Shown here: piece by piece, positions 35,506 through 45,831 of the stretch
Position numbering within the stretch: position 1 is the first letter of the stretch
Layout of the letters: the number at the start of each line of letters is the position of its first letter
Assembly (NCBI GenBank): GCA_047150005.1
Contig: AP038806.1
Span: 3,040,001-3,104,000 of the forward strand
Length of the DNA: 64,000 bases
Reading direction: 5' to 3'
DNA from: Nitrospira sp.
GTDB lineage: Bacteria; Nitrospirota; Nitrospiria; Nitrospirales; Nitrospiraceae
The notes under the pieces: model-generated
Seen by the model: only the letters and a program-made list of their open reading frames with translations
Database searches by the model: none
What the model was told of the DNA's origin: nothing
Program-made: the position numbers and the translations under genes

Positions 35506-35952
35506 GTGGGAACGAATACCATTCGACTCCATCGCGTGTTTCGTGCAACACCAGAACGGATCTACCGGGCGTTTCTGGATGAGGATGCCATGGTAAAGTG
35601 GCTTCCGCCAAATGGATCTACCGCCAAGGTGCATCACATGGATGCCAAGGTCGGCGGGAGCTTCAAGATGTCGTTTACGAACTTCACCACGGGCAAGAGT
35701 CACTCCTTTGGCGGGGAGTATCTCGAACTCGTTCCGCATGAACGGATCAGCTACACCGACAACTTCGACGATCCGAATCTGCCTGGAGAAATTCACGTGA
35801 CGGTCTCATTGAAGAAAGTATCTTGCGGAACGGAAGTAAACATTGTGCAAGAAGGTGTGCCAGACCTCATACCTGCTGAGGCCTGTTACCTCGGCTGGCA
35901 AGAATCGTTGATCCTGCTTGGGAAACTCGTCGAATCGGAGATCCCAAACTAA
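35506..35952 (+). CDS. SRPBCC/Aha1-like protein
   Basis: AGGAG SD; LHRVFRATPERIYRAF, CYLGWQESL. Confidence 0.85.
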   Translation: MGTNTIRLHRVFRATPERIYRAFLDEDAMVKWLPPNGSTAKVHHMDAKVGGSFKMSFTNFTTGKSHSFGGEYLELVPHERISYTDNFDDPNLPGEIHVTVSLKKVSCGTEVNIVQEGVPDLIPAEACYLGWQESLILLGKLVESEIPN

Positions 35953-36021
35953 TGCAGAGAGATCTCTGCTGTACCGTAGCGATGATTGGCAGGTCCTGTA
36001 GATCTCGTTGTAGACTGGGAC

Positions 36022-36843
36022 ATGGCAACCGCCAAGATTCACGGGGTCCGGCTCTATTACGAACTGAGTGGTAATCAGGGCCCCCCGTTAGTCTTTGTGC
36101 ACGGTTCTTGGGACTCCCATGTTGTCTGGAACCGTGTCGTTCCACGATTAGCAGAGTCCTTTCGGGTCTTGACCTATGATCGACGGGGACACAGCAACAG
36201 CGAACGTATGACGGGGCCCGGCGGTATCCGCGAGGATGTCGCCGACCTTGCCGCGTTGATGGAGAATCTCGGGTTTGTGCCTGCGTGGGTGGCCGGGAAT
36301 TCGTTCGGTGCGTCTATCACACTCCGGCTTGCCGCGCAGCGCGCCGAGCTGTTTTGCGGTCTCATTGGGCACGAACCGCCCTTGTTTTCTCTGCTTGCCG
36401 AAGATCCCGCCTTGACACCGCTTCTACGGGAAGTGAAGAAGAGCTTGGAGGTCGTGGTCGAACGGATTGCCGCTGGAGATTATGCCGGTGGCGCCGAGCG
36501 ATTCGTCGAAAACGTTGCGCTCGGACCAGGTGCCTGGGCCCAGTTGCCCGCTACGGGCCGGCAGGCGCTGATCGAGAATGCGCCGACGTTCCTCGACGAG
36601 GCACGCGATCCGGAACAGGTGGCGTTCGATTGTGAATGGATTCGACACTTTGCCCCGCCCGTCCTTCTTACGCTCGGGGATCAGAGCCCCCCGTTCTTCT
36701 CACCCGTGGTTGCCAAACTGGCTGACGCCTTTCCCCACGCTGAGATCCGCACATTTCAGGGTGCTGGACATATTCCACACACGACTCATCCGGATGCCTA
36801 TGTAGAGGCGGTCCTCGCGTTTACCCGCAAGCATGCCGGCTGA
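36022..36843 (+). CDS. Alpha/beta hydrolase
   Basis: VHGS, DRRGH, GNSFG, GAGH. Confidence 0.88.
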   Translation: MATAKIHGVRLYYELSGNQGPPLVFVHGSWDSHVVWNRVVPRLAESFRVLTYDRRGHSNSERMTGPGGIREDVADLAALMENLGFVPAWVAGNSFGASITLRLAAQRAELFCGLIGHEPPLFSLLAEDPALTPLLREVKKSLEVVVERIAAGDYAGGAERFVENVALGPGAWAQLPATGRQALIENAPTFLDEARDPEQVAFDCEWIRHFAPPVLLTLGDQSPPFFSPVVAKLADAFPHAEIRTFQGAGHIPHTTHPDAYVEAVLAFTRKHAG

Positions 36844-36935
36844 TTCCTGTCTACCCGCTTGACTCTCGGCTGCAGGCCAGCTAGCCTCGCCGGCATTCGA
36901 ATCGTCGTACATCCAACCTATCCTTCTCGGAGAAG

Positions 36936-38663
36936 GTGATGAACTCTGTGACAAGTCCCGAGCGAACGAATCGAGCCCTCACAATTGCAAGCGCGATGGT
37001 CGGCTTGATACTCGTCCTGCTTCCTAACGCCGTCTCTGCCACCCCGTCTCAGGCGGCTCCGGATTCAGTGCCGCTGTTCGATAATCTCGGCACACATCAT
37101 TACGCGATCACCACGAGCGCGCCGCAGGCACAGCGCTATTTCGATCAAGGATTGAAGCTGTACTATGCGTTTAACCATGCGGAGGCGGTTCGCGCGTTTG
37201 AAGAGGCAGCCCGATTGGACCCGGACTGTGCCATGTGCTACTGGGGACTGGCGCTTGCGCATGGTCCCAACATCAATGCACCCATGGAGCGAGAGGCTGC
37301 GCTGGCCGCATACGACGCGATTCAGAAGGCCATCGCGCGCGAAGTCACAGCCAGCGTGAAAGAGCGCGCTCTGATCCGTGCGCTGGCCGTACGCTACGTC
37401 GCTGATCCGCCGAAAGATCGCGCGACGCTGGATGCGGCCTATGCCCAAGCGCTGCGCGACGTTGCTCAGAAGGATCCAACGGACTTCGAGGTTGCGACGC
37501 TGTATGCCGAGGCGCTGATGGATCTCAGCCCATGGGATTACTGGACCGCCGAAGGACAACCGCGGGCCGAGACGCCGGAGATCCTGAAACAGCTCGATCG
37601 GGTCCTTGCCGCAAACCCGAATCATCCTGGTGCGAACCATCTCTACATCCATGCGGTCGAAGCCGCGCAACCGGAGCGTGCCGTGGCCGCTGCCGAGCGG
37701 CTCGCAGCCCTGATGCCCGGAGCCGGACATATTGTGCACATGCCTGGGCACATCTACATTCGCGTGGGCCGATATGTAGACGCCATTACGGCCAACGAGC
37801 ACGCGGTGCATGCTGACGAGGTGTACATCGAGGACCATCGCCCAAAGAACGGGATTTACACGCTCGGATACTACCCGCACAACTATGACTTTCTGGCCTT
37901 TGCCGCCAGCATGATCGGCCGTAGCCGTCAGACCATGGCGGCGGCCGAAAAGATGAGAGCGATTGCTCCCATGGACCTCCTGCGCGCGCCGGGGATGACG
38001 TTCTTGCAGCATCACGACACGCGACACCTTCAAATGCTGGTCCGATTTGCGCGCTGGCAGGAGATTCTTGAGGCGCCGGCTCCCGCGGAGGATCTGGCCT
38101 ACGCCCGAGCGATGTGGCAGTACGCACGTGGCCGGGCCTTAGCTGCCACCGGCAAGATCAAGGAAGCCGAGGAGGCACTGCACCAGCTGCGCGCGACAGC
38201 AGAGAATCCAGACCTCGCCCCGCTTCGACTCGAGTTCAATACATCCGGCGCGATCCTCCGCATTGCCATTGAGGTGCTGGCCGGACATGTCGCAGAAACG
38301 AAAGGGGATGTCACGGCGGCGATCACGCACCTCCGCGAGGGAGCGCGGCTCGAGGATGCCCTTACTTATGGCGAGCCACCCGAATGGTCGGTGCCCGTCA
38401 GACAGGAGCTCGGCATGATGCTGCTGCGGGCCGATCGGGTCACCGAGGCGGAGCAGGTATTCCAGCAGGATTTGAAGCGTTTTCCTGACAACGGCTGGTC
38501 GTTGCGTGGCTTGGAGCTGGCGCTGCGGCGGCAAGGACGGAAGGAGGAAGCTGACCGTGTACAGGCGAAGTTCAACAGGGTCTGGTCAAGCGCGGACATC
38601 GACGTGCCGATTCAGCAAAGCGGCGGCAGGGTGGACCCCGGTAAGGATGAGGTCAGTTCTTGA
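36936..38663 (+). CDS. Secreted TPR-repeat protein
   Basis: Signal peptide, TPR helices, HPGANHLYIH and GHIVHMPGH; TTGACT-N17-TAGCCT at ~36859; stop codon inside the RAYT inverted repeat. Confidence 0.8.
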   Translation: MMNSVTSPERTNRALTIASAMVGLILVLLPNAVSATPSQAAPDSVPLFDNLGTHHYAITTSAPQAQRYFDQGLKLYYAFNHAEAVRAFEEAARLDPDCAMCYWGLALAHGPNINAPMEREAALAAYDAIQKAIAREVTASVKERALIRALAVRYVADPPKDRATLDAAYAQALRDVAQKDPTDFEVATLYAEALMDLSPWDYWTAEGQPRAETPEILKQLDRVLAANPNHPGANHLYIHAVEAAQPERAVAAAERLAALMPGAGHIVHMPGHIYIRVGRYVDAITANEHAVHADEVYIEDHRPKNGIYTLGYYPHNYDFLAFAASMIGRSRQTMAAAEKMRAIAPMDLLRAPGMTFLQHHDTRHLQMLVRFARWQEILEAPAPAEDLAYARAMWQYARGRALAATGKIKEAEEALHQLRATAENPDLAPLRLEFNTSGAILRIAIEVLAGHVAETKGDVTAAITHLREGARLEDALTYGEPPEWSVPVRQELGMMLLRADRVTEAEQVFQQDLKRFPDNGWSLRGLELALRRQGRKEEADRVQAKFNRVWSSADIDVPIQQSGGRVDPGKDEVSS

Positions 38664-39637
38664 CTTTGCACTTAGCGAAGGCGTGTTGTTGCTGCGATGA
38701 GAGCGTCGTCGCTTCGATTGCCTTCTGAATTTTCGAAACACGTGAAGGAGAAATCCGAAAACGAACAGCTACTGTGTGCAACGGTTCGTTTGCGGCGCGT
38801 CGCAATAAGTAGACGGCTGTCTGGTAGGCATCACGATGTGATCGGTCCAATACGTGATTTACTTGGAGGCGATAGGCCGCGGCGACGTGCTGCAGAACCT
38901 GATCTGACGAAAGGCGGGTCGGCTGTGTCTGCGCCGTTGGGACATTGGCCACAGGTTTTCCTCGTACCAGCCGTTCAATGCGATCCAGGAACTCTGGGCT
39001 TCCGAGAAAAATCTGGCTCGTCACTTGATCCCATGGCGAAGGTTGATGTACCCCTTCGGCGACAAACCGCTGGTACGCACGACGGGCTCGGGACTGTTCG
39101 CCATCCAAAAGCGATAGCACCACATCGCGTTCAAGCCAGTCGGGCGCTTCGTGTACTCCCACCGTCGCACGATAACTACTCCACGGCCACGCTCCAACTT
39201 CTTGCACCATGCCGGCTCGAACCGGATTCAGCACCACATAACGACAAAGTTCTTGCAGGTAGTTCTCCTTTTCGACGAGGAGGCTTTTAAATCGGCCCTG
39301 CAGCACATGCCCGACACGTTGATGGCGGCGATTGAACCATTGCGTGTAGGTGCCGTGTAGCCGTTTCAGTCCCCGACTCAAATTGGGTTCGGGCGTCTCG
39401 ATAACGAGATGATAATGATTCCCCATCAAGCAGTAGACGTAACACAGCCAGTGTTGTTGCAGAATTTCACGACCGAGTAAGCGGATGAACTGGTGCCGAT
39501 CCGTGTCATCAAAGAAGATGGCCTGCTGTGCGTTGCCGCGTGCTGTGATGTGGTAGAGGGCACCGGGAAATTCCACGCGCAGAGGACGAGCCATGCGGAA
39601 CACTAGAATGGAGCAGGTGCAAAGTCAAGAACTGACC
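38651..39637 (-). mobile_element. RAYT element bounded by perfect 21-bp inverted repeats
   Basis: GGTCAGTTCTTGACTTTGCAC at 38651-38671; reverse complement at 39617-39637. Confidence 0.8.
38653..39594 (-). CDS. REP-associated tyrosine (Y1 HUH) transposase with a C-terminal HTH
   Basis: YHITARGN, NHYHL, RYVVLNPVRAG, WSSY. Confidence 0.9.
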   Translation of the reverse strand: MARPLRVEFPGALYHITARGNAQQAIFFDDTDRHQFIRLLGREILQQHWLCYVYCLMGNHYHLVIETPEPNLSRGLKRLHGTYTQWFNRRHQRVGHVLQGRFKSLLVEKENYLQELCRYVVLNPVRAGMVQEVGAWPWSSYRATVGVHEAPDWLERDVVLSLLDGEQSRARRAYQRFVAEGVHQPSPWDQVTSQIFLGSPEFLDRIERLVRGKPVANVPTAQTQPTRLSSDQVLQHVAAAYRLQVNHVLDRSHRDAYQTAVYLLRRAANEPLHTVAVRFRISPSRVSKIQKAIEATTLSSQQQHAFAKCKVKN

Positions 39638-39766
39638 CCCACCTTAAACCGCAAATCCTTACGAATAGAGACCGGGGTCTTTCCTAGGTGTGCCCGACGC
39701 TGTATTTGGATAATAGCATTGAAAAGAGCTGCCGCCATCAGACACCTCGGTACGGCAAGGCAACAA

Positions 39767-40420
39767 ATGGTACGTACAGCGTCGATAAATAAAGTTCAGG
39801 CCTTACAGCACGTCAATCATGCCGCTGTCACAAGAATGCTCTGTTTGTTAGAGGATGAACTGTCCTCTGTGAATTCTCTACTCTTATTATCCCCGAACGA
39901 TGATGATGTCCGATTTGCAAAGTCATTGTTTCCTCATGCCTTCATAAGCTCGCTATATAAATCCGATTGGAATCTGTACGATCCCGCACCCGACTCTGTT
40001 GCAGGCTTCGATATGGCGTTGGCACAGAATGTTCTCATGTATTCACAATCTCCGGACGTGTGGATTCGAAACATACTTGGCGTATCGAGACACTTCGTTG
40101 CCCAGGACATCAAATATCGCAAGAGGTCAGCCATGGCTCCGTATCTGGGAAAGGACCATGATGTCACGCGGTATTCACTGACACCGGACACATGTATTCA
40201 ACCGACATTCGATTTGTCACAATTGCCGGACAGACCAATTCAGTACTTTGAGTATGCCGGAATCGCAAACGAGTACCATGTGGCAAATGATCCGCCAATC
40301 CATATCTGCATGGCGTTCAAATCGAAGACGTACAATCAACCTTCCCGCTCCGTTGGGTTTGAGAATGGATCCAGACGTCCAGGACTCGGGCGCCGTCTAT
40401 CGGCGATCTTTCATGGGTAA
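39767..40420 (+). CDS. Hypothetical protein, AT-richer, weakly methyltransferase-like
   Basis: Long ORF; FDMALAQNVLMY; start uncertain. Confidence 0.45.
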   Translation: MVRTASINKVQALQHVNHAAVTRMLCLLEDELSSVNSLLLLSPNDDDVRFAKSLFPHAFISSLYKSDWNLYDPAPDSVAGFDMALAQNVLMYSQSPDVWIRNILGVSRHFVAQDIKYRKRSAMAPYLGKDHDVTRYSLTPDTCIQPTFDLSQLPDRPIQYFEYAGIANEYHVANDPPIHICMAFKSKTYNQPSRSVGFENGSRRPGLGRRLSAIFHG

Positions 40421-40821
40421 CGCGGCATCTTCGATTCCAGCCTCATTACTGGATGAAGATTGGGCGGCTGATTCTTAGAGCCATCAGGTCACGCACGATG
40501 GCGTTCCGTCTGCTCCGCTGCCTTAGAACCATCCGATCCACCAGAGTCTCTTCCCAACCCTGTGGCTCATCGCCGCCCCGCGGCAAAACATAGGGGCCGA
40601 GAGTCATTGTTTTAGCCTCTATCTGCCGAGCTATCAGCTTCGCTGAGATTCGGATCAGACGATCCTGGCCTCACCATCGCGGTGGCTTGCGCACACGTGA
40701 CGCTCCTATTCGTCGCGCCGCGCACCACGAACCTCCGCAATTCGCGAAGCCGGGTCGGTATACTCAATAGTTTGGTCGTCATCATTCTCCAACGCCGATA
40801 CGAGAATTCGAGGATCCAATC

Positions 40822-41310
40822 ATGGTGAAGAATTCGGACAGGCAGTACCTGTGCCGCTGCGTCGAACTTGCCGCAGAGGCGCTGGAGGCGGGCGACGAGC
40901 CGTTCGGCTCTGTGCTCGTCTCAGCGGACGGGAAGGTCTTGTTCGAGGATCGCAACCGCGTAGCCTCTGGTGATCCAACCCGACATCCGGAGTTCGAGAT
41001 TGCACGCTGGGCGGCGGCGAACATGAATCCGGAGGCGAGAGCTGCGGCGACGGTCTACACCTCGGGTGAGCATTGTCCGATGTGCGCCGCGGCGCACGGA
41101 TGGGTCGGGCTGGGTCGTATCGTGTACGTCAGCTCCGCCGAGCAATTGACAGCATGGCTCACCGAGCTTGGAGTTCCAGCCGCTCCCATCCGACCGCTGC
41201 CAATTCGTGAAATCGTTCCTCATCTCGCGGTAGACGGTCCAGTTCCTGATCTTGCCGAACAGGTGCAGGCCTTACACCGCCGCTACCACAGGATGCGAGT
41301 GCCTTCCTAG
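40822..41310 (+). CDS. Zn-dependent nucleoside deaminase (CDA/TadA superfamily)
   Basis: PFGSVLV, HPE, HCPMC. Confidence 0.9.
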   Translation: MVKNSDRQYLCRCVELAAEALEAGDEPFGSVLVSADGKVLFEDRNRVASGDPTRHPEFEIARWAAANMNPEARAAATVYTSGEHCPMCAAAHGWVGLGRIVYVSSAEQLTAWLTELGVPAAPIRPLPIREIVPHLAVDGPVPDLAEQVQALHRRYHRMRVPS

Positions 41311-41565
41311 TCGTGAACGAACTATCCAGTCCTGTGCCGGCTAGGTAAAGAGCTGCTCACGAGTCGACATGCTTCCGCTGGTCTACTTGATTTTTCTAAG
41401 CCTATTCTCCATCCTTTCGCCGGCCAGCTGACATATGTAGCCTATTGTCCAAGTACCGCAACATCGATTCGATGCTAATTCGCACACTGTGAATCTTGCC
41501 GATGTCCATCCTTCTCCTCACTGTGTCCCCGCAATGTTGACCGTCTCACGCATTGGCGGCAGCGC

Positions 41566-42555
41566 GTGAACCGGTTTTGGCTGAGTCGTGTAGGGATGCG
41601 CAGTGATGCAAGCCTGCTAACAGGATGCGCCTGGCTCATCTGGCTTTCCTTTTTGTGCCCTCTCCAGGTGTCTTTCGCTCAGGGACCTCTATCTTCTTCG
41701 CAGGAGAGAGGGCGGGCCGACCAGGCTGTTGATGCGAAGGATTCGGAGGCTGGGTCGGAAAACCAGGAGGCGGGTCCGTCGCGCCCGGGAGCCAAGCGGT
41801 TCGGAGCGCGGCTACAGACTGTCGAGGAGCAGGAGGAGGCGAAGCGCTTGTCTGATGTCGCAGCCAGGATGGGAACGGATCCGACTGCAATCATCGGACG
41901 AGTTCAGACCCTGTTTCGGTACGATGCCTTGGAAGGAGGCAGTCGGGCCAGCAATGTGGTAGGTCGCATCGACATACCCTATCACAGTAATTTTCTCCTG
42001 CGTGCGGATCTACCGTACGTGTGGTCAAATCCCGATCAGCCCGGCGCCAGCAATCAGAATGGAGTGAGCGATCTGTTGGTGCGGGCCGGCGGGCGCGTGT
42101 ATTCGGTCCCAGGGGATACAATTTTCGCCGGCGTAGATTTCACGTTCCCGACGGCTGCCGACAAGTTGGGGAGTGGGAAGTATACGGTGGGTCCCGGCGT
42201 GGCAACGGCCCACGTGTTTCCTGCGTGGGATTCCATTGTATTTGCCCTGCTTCAGCACCAATTCTCGGTCGGAGGTGACCCTTCTCGAAATGATGTTTCC
42301 GCGTCTCGTCTCCAGTGCTGGTTCAACACCATTTGGACGGACCACTGGTGGACGCAAGTGGAGGTCGTCACTCAAATAAATTGGGAACAGAAAGAAAAAA
42401 CCAGCATGACTTTGGAATTTGAGGGGGGCTATCGGTTCGCGAAGAATTGGGCGGTCTGGGTCAGGCCAGGGGCGGGGCTCTGGGGGCGCAGTCTTCCCGG
42501 TGCCTATGATTGGGATTTCGAAGTCGGCATCCGTCGCATGTTCGCAGGATTCTGA
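41566..42555 (+). CDS. Putative outer-membrane beta-barrel protein
   Basis: Signal-like N-terminus, amphipathic strands, LGSGKYTVGPG. Confidence 0.6.
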   Translation: MNRFWLSRVGMRSDASLLTGCAWLIWLSFLCPLQVSFAQGPLSSSQERGRADQAVDAKDSEAGSENQEAGPSRPGAKRFGARLQTVEEQEEAKRLSDVAARMGTDPTAIIGRVQTLFRYDALEGGSRASNVVGRIDIPYHSNFLLRADLPYVWSNPDQPGASNQNGVSDLLVRAGGRVYSVPGDTIFAGVDFTFPTAADKLGSGKYTVGPGVATAHVFPAWDSIVFALLQHQFSVGGDPSRNDVSASRLQCWFNTIWTDHWWTQVEVVTQINWEQKEKTSMTLEFEGGYRFAKNWAVWVRPGAGLWGRSLPGAYDWDFEVGIRRMFAGF

Positions 42556-42688
42556 GTGGGATCACGAAAAGAGGACAGACTAATTTTTTGAGCCAGATCA
42601 ACCACTTGACTCGCTTCTGAAGACGGCCTAGCCTCGCCACGATCTCATGCATCGAAATACATGCCCGTCTCGCATGTGACTGCAAAGG

Positions 42689-43915
42689 ATGGCGAACAGG
42701 ATCACGACACAGTGCTGCATTGCAGGAGGCGGCCCGGCAGGGATGATGCTGGGACTGCTGCTGGCTCGCGCTGGTATAGAAGTCCTGGTACTGGAGAAGC
42801 ATGCCGATTTTCTGCGCGACTTCCGTGGAGACACGATCCATCCTTCCACGCTGGAAGTGATGCATGAACTGGGACTCTTGGAGAGCCTGCTCAAGCTGCC
42901 GCATCAAAAGGCGCGGCAGATCAACGCGCAATTCGGCGATCTGGCACTGACGGTCGCGGATTTCTCTCATCTGCCAGTGCGCTGCCCGTATATCGCCTTC
43001 ATGCCGCAGTGGGACTTCCTGAATTTTCTTGCCGAGCGCGCCGCCCGCTATCCGACGTTCAAGCTGCAAATGCAGGCTGAGGTCACGGATATTATCGAAG
43101 ACGCAGGGAGCGTCGTCGGGTTGCGTGCAGCCACGCCGGACGGACCGGTGGACCTGCGCGCCAGCCTGGTCGTCGCAGCGGACGGCCGGCATTCGATCGT
43201 CCGGGCGCGGGCCGGCATGCAGATCGAGGAGTTCGGTGCGCCAATGGATGTGCTGTGGTTCCGGCTCTCGCGGCGACCCGGCGATCCGGAGAACCCTATG
43301 GGTCGCTTTCAGAGCGGTCGAATCTTCATCTTGCTGAACCGGGGTGACTACTGGCAGTGCGGCTTCGTGATTCCCAAAGGATCCCTTGCGCAGCACCAGG
43401 ACAGAGGACTGCCGGCGTTTCGTGACAGCGTCGCCCAACTGGCGCCATTTGTCTCAGACCGTGTCGGTGAACTGCAGGACTGGACCAGCCTCAAACTCCT
43501 CACGGTCCAGGTCGATCGGTTGCACCGATGGTACCGCCCGGGTTTTTTGTGCATCGGCGATGCGGCGCATGCCATGTCTCCGGTCGGCGGAGTGGGAATC
43601 AACCTGGCTATTCAGGATGCGGTGGCGACAGCCAATCTGCTGGCGCCGCCGTTGCGCACGGGCGGGGTCACTACGGACGACTTACGTCGTGTGCAGAGGC
43701 ACCGTGAACCGCCGACCCGCGTGACCCAGCGGATGCAGATCATAATCCAGAATCGGGTCATCAGGCGGACCTTGGGCGGTACCGAACCGCTCGCCCCGCC
43801 GCTTGCCGTCAAGCTCCTCGCATGGTTTCCGGTTCTGCGCCGACTTCCCGCCCGTCTGATCGGGATGGGGGCCCGGCCAGAGCATGTGCAATCGCCGAAT
43901 GCCTATTCCGCATAA
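42689..43915 (+). CDS. FAD-dependent monooxygenase (UbiH/PHBH-like)
   Basis: GGGPAG, ADGRHS, GDAAHAMSPVGGVGINLAIQDA; TTGACT-N17-TAGCCT at ~42607. Confidence 0.9.
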   Translation: MANRITTQCCIAGGGPAGMMLGLLLARAGIEVLVLEKHADFLRDFRGDTIHPSTLEVMHELGLLESLLKLPHQKARQINAQFGDLALTVADFSHLPVRCPYIAFMPQWDFLNFLAERAARYPTFKLQMQAEVTDIIEDAGSVVGLRAATPDGPVDLRASLVVAADGRHSIVRARAGMQIEEFGAPMDVLWFRLSRRPGDPENPMGRFQSGRIFILLNRGDYWQCGFVIPKGSLAQHQDRGLPAFRDSVAQLAPFVSDRVGELQDWTSLKLLTVQVDRLHRWYRPGFLCIGDAAHAMSPVGGVGINLAIQDAVATANLLAPPLRTGGVTTDDLRRVQRHREPPTRVTQRMQIIIQNRVIRRTLGGTEPLAPPLAVKLLAWFPVLRRLPARLIGMGARPEHVQSPNAYSA

Positions 43916-44027
43916 CGGGCGCGACGGGCATCGAACCGATAGCCGGAGCTGTCGGTATCGATGACCAGCGGGGCGTGATCCGAGGGCAACGGTTTTTCCT
44001 TCCCCGCAAGAATCCGAGGAACCAATC

Positions 44028-44100
44028 ATGGTGAAGAATTCGGACATGCCCGTGCTTGCACCGCTGCGTCGAACTGGCGGCAGAGGATCATGAAGCGGGG
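44028..44100 (+). pseudogene. Frameshifted 5' fragment of the same deaminase
   Basis: ATGGTGAAGAATTCGGACA...CCGCTGCGTCGAACT matches 40822 onward. Confidence 0.75.
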
Positions 44101-44341
44101 AGAAGAAGTTGACTGCTGGAAACACCAGGAAACAAGAAGGAATCGTGATGGCACCGGTCACCCTGGATTACGGTGCCAGGGTGTTTTGGCACCAGGTTGG
44201 CACCAAACGCTCGTCATGTTTCCTTTCACGCGTCGATTCTGGCCGTTTTGTTAGCTCATTATCTTCCGTATAATGCCCAGATAATGCCCAGGCTCATACG
44301 TGGGGAGTCTGCACGCCAACGTGTTTGCAGGAGGTCCAGCC

Positions 44342-45772
44342 ATGAAGCTGATGCTGATCGCGCTCGCCATCCTTAGCGTCCCCACATATGTTCAGGCTCA
44401 GGGACCTGACAAGGCACGACAGAAACCCAACATCGTGTATATCTTGATGGACAACCTCGGTTATGGAGAGGTCGGTGTGTACGGTGGGGGCCTGCTCCGT
44501 GGCGCGCCCACGCCGCGTATCGACAGGTTGGCGAGCGAAGGGACCCGGCTGACCAACTTCAACGTCGAAGCGCAGTGCACACCGAGTCGTTCTGCGATCA
44601 TGACCGGCCGGTTCTCGATCCGCTCGGGCACGCATTCTGTACCGATGGGTGGCGGTTCCGATGGACTCACACAGTGGGAGGTGACTCTCGCGGAGCTGCT
44701 CTCTGGTGCTGGTTACACAACAGCGCACTTCGGCAAATGGCATCTCGGCAGTGAACAGGGGCGGCTGCCGAACGACCAGGGATTCGACGAATGGTACGGC
44801 ATCCCACGCACCACGGACGAGTCCACGTGGCCCTCGCATGCCGAGGCGAAGGCCATAGGCGTGCCGTTCATGCACATCATGGAGGGCCGCAAAGGGGAGA
44901 AGAGCCGTGAGGTGGTCGTGTACGACCTCGAGCAACGCCGTCTGATCGACGCAGAGATCACGCGACGCACGATCGATTTCATGCAGCGTAGCGCCAAGGC
45001 AGGCAAGCCGTTCTACGCCTACGTCCCGTTCACGCTGGTGCATTTCCCGACGCTGCCGAATCCGAAGTTCGCCGGGAAGACCGGATACGGTGACTTTGCC
45101 GACAGCCTCGCCGAGATGGATGCGAATGTCGGTCAAATCATCGACACCGTTGATGATCTGAACATCCGCGACAATACCGTCTTCGTCTACGCGAGCGACA
45201 ATGGTCCGGATCCGAACTTTCCATGGCAGGGATCGTCCGGACCGTGGCGTGGGTATTACTTCACCCACATGGAAGGCTCCCTGCGTACGCCGTTCATCAT
45301 CCGCTGGCCCGGACGCATTCCAGCCGGTCGTGTCAGCAACGAGGTCTTCCACGAGGTCGACACCTTCACGACATTGGTCAGGCTCGCCGGTGCACAGGTG
45401 CCGCAAGATCGCCCGATCGACGGCGTGGACCAGAGTGACTTTCTGCTCGGGAAGTCGGAGCAATCCGCCCGCGAAGGATTTCCGGTGTTCGTGGCAGACC
45501 GGCTCGAAGCGGTCAAGTGGCGGAACTGGAAGCTCGTCTTCTATGAGGAACAACGGGACTGGTGGAGCCCACCAGTCAAGCTGGGTGTGCCGAAGCTCTT
45601 CGATCTCATCAACGACCCGAAGGAGGAATTCGCGGCCAACACGTCCCCGACCAACACGTGGGTCACTGTCCCCATGATGAAAATCTTGAGTGAATTCCAG
45701 GTGAGCCTGAAGAAGTATCCGCCAATCCATCCCGGTACACCGGATCCCTATTCTCCACAGCCAACCAAGTGA
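44342..45772 (+). CDS. Arylsulfatase
   Basis: KPNIVYILMDN, CTPSR formylglycine motif, GKWHLG, SDNG. Confidence 0.92.
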   Translation: MKLMLIALAILSVPTYVQAQGPDKARQKPNIVYILMDNLGYGEVGVYGGGLLRGAPTPRIDRLASEGTRLTNFNVEAQCTPSRSAIMTGRFSIRSGTHSVPMGGGSDGLTQWEVTLAELLSGAGYTTAHFGKWHLGSEQGRLPNDQGFDEWYGIPRTTDESTWPSHAEAKAIGVPFMHIMEGRKGEKSREVVVYDLEQRRLIDAEITRRTIDFMQRSAKAGKPFYAYVPFTLVHFPTLPNPKFAGKTGYGDFADSLAEMDANVGQIIDTVDDLNIRDNTVFVYASDNGPDPNFPWQGSSGPWRGYYFTHMEGSLRTPFIIRWPGRIPAGRVSNEVFHEVDTFTTLVRLAGAQVPQDRPIDGVDQSDFLLGKSEQSAREGFPVFVADRLEAVKWRNWKLVFYEEQRDWWSPPVKLGVPKLFDLINDPKEEFAANTSPTNTWVTVPMMKILSEFQVSLKKYPPIHPGTPDPYSPQPTK

Positions 45773-45831
45773 GATGCCGTGAATGTTCCTATAGGCTCAT
45801 TTGCCGAAGCTCTGCCGGTGTCGAACGGATG

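Noticed and set aside
36857..36902. Possible fourth xth remnant, similar to 42604-42638
   Set aside because: The similarity is better explained by a shared TTGACT-N17-TAGCCT promoter.
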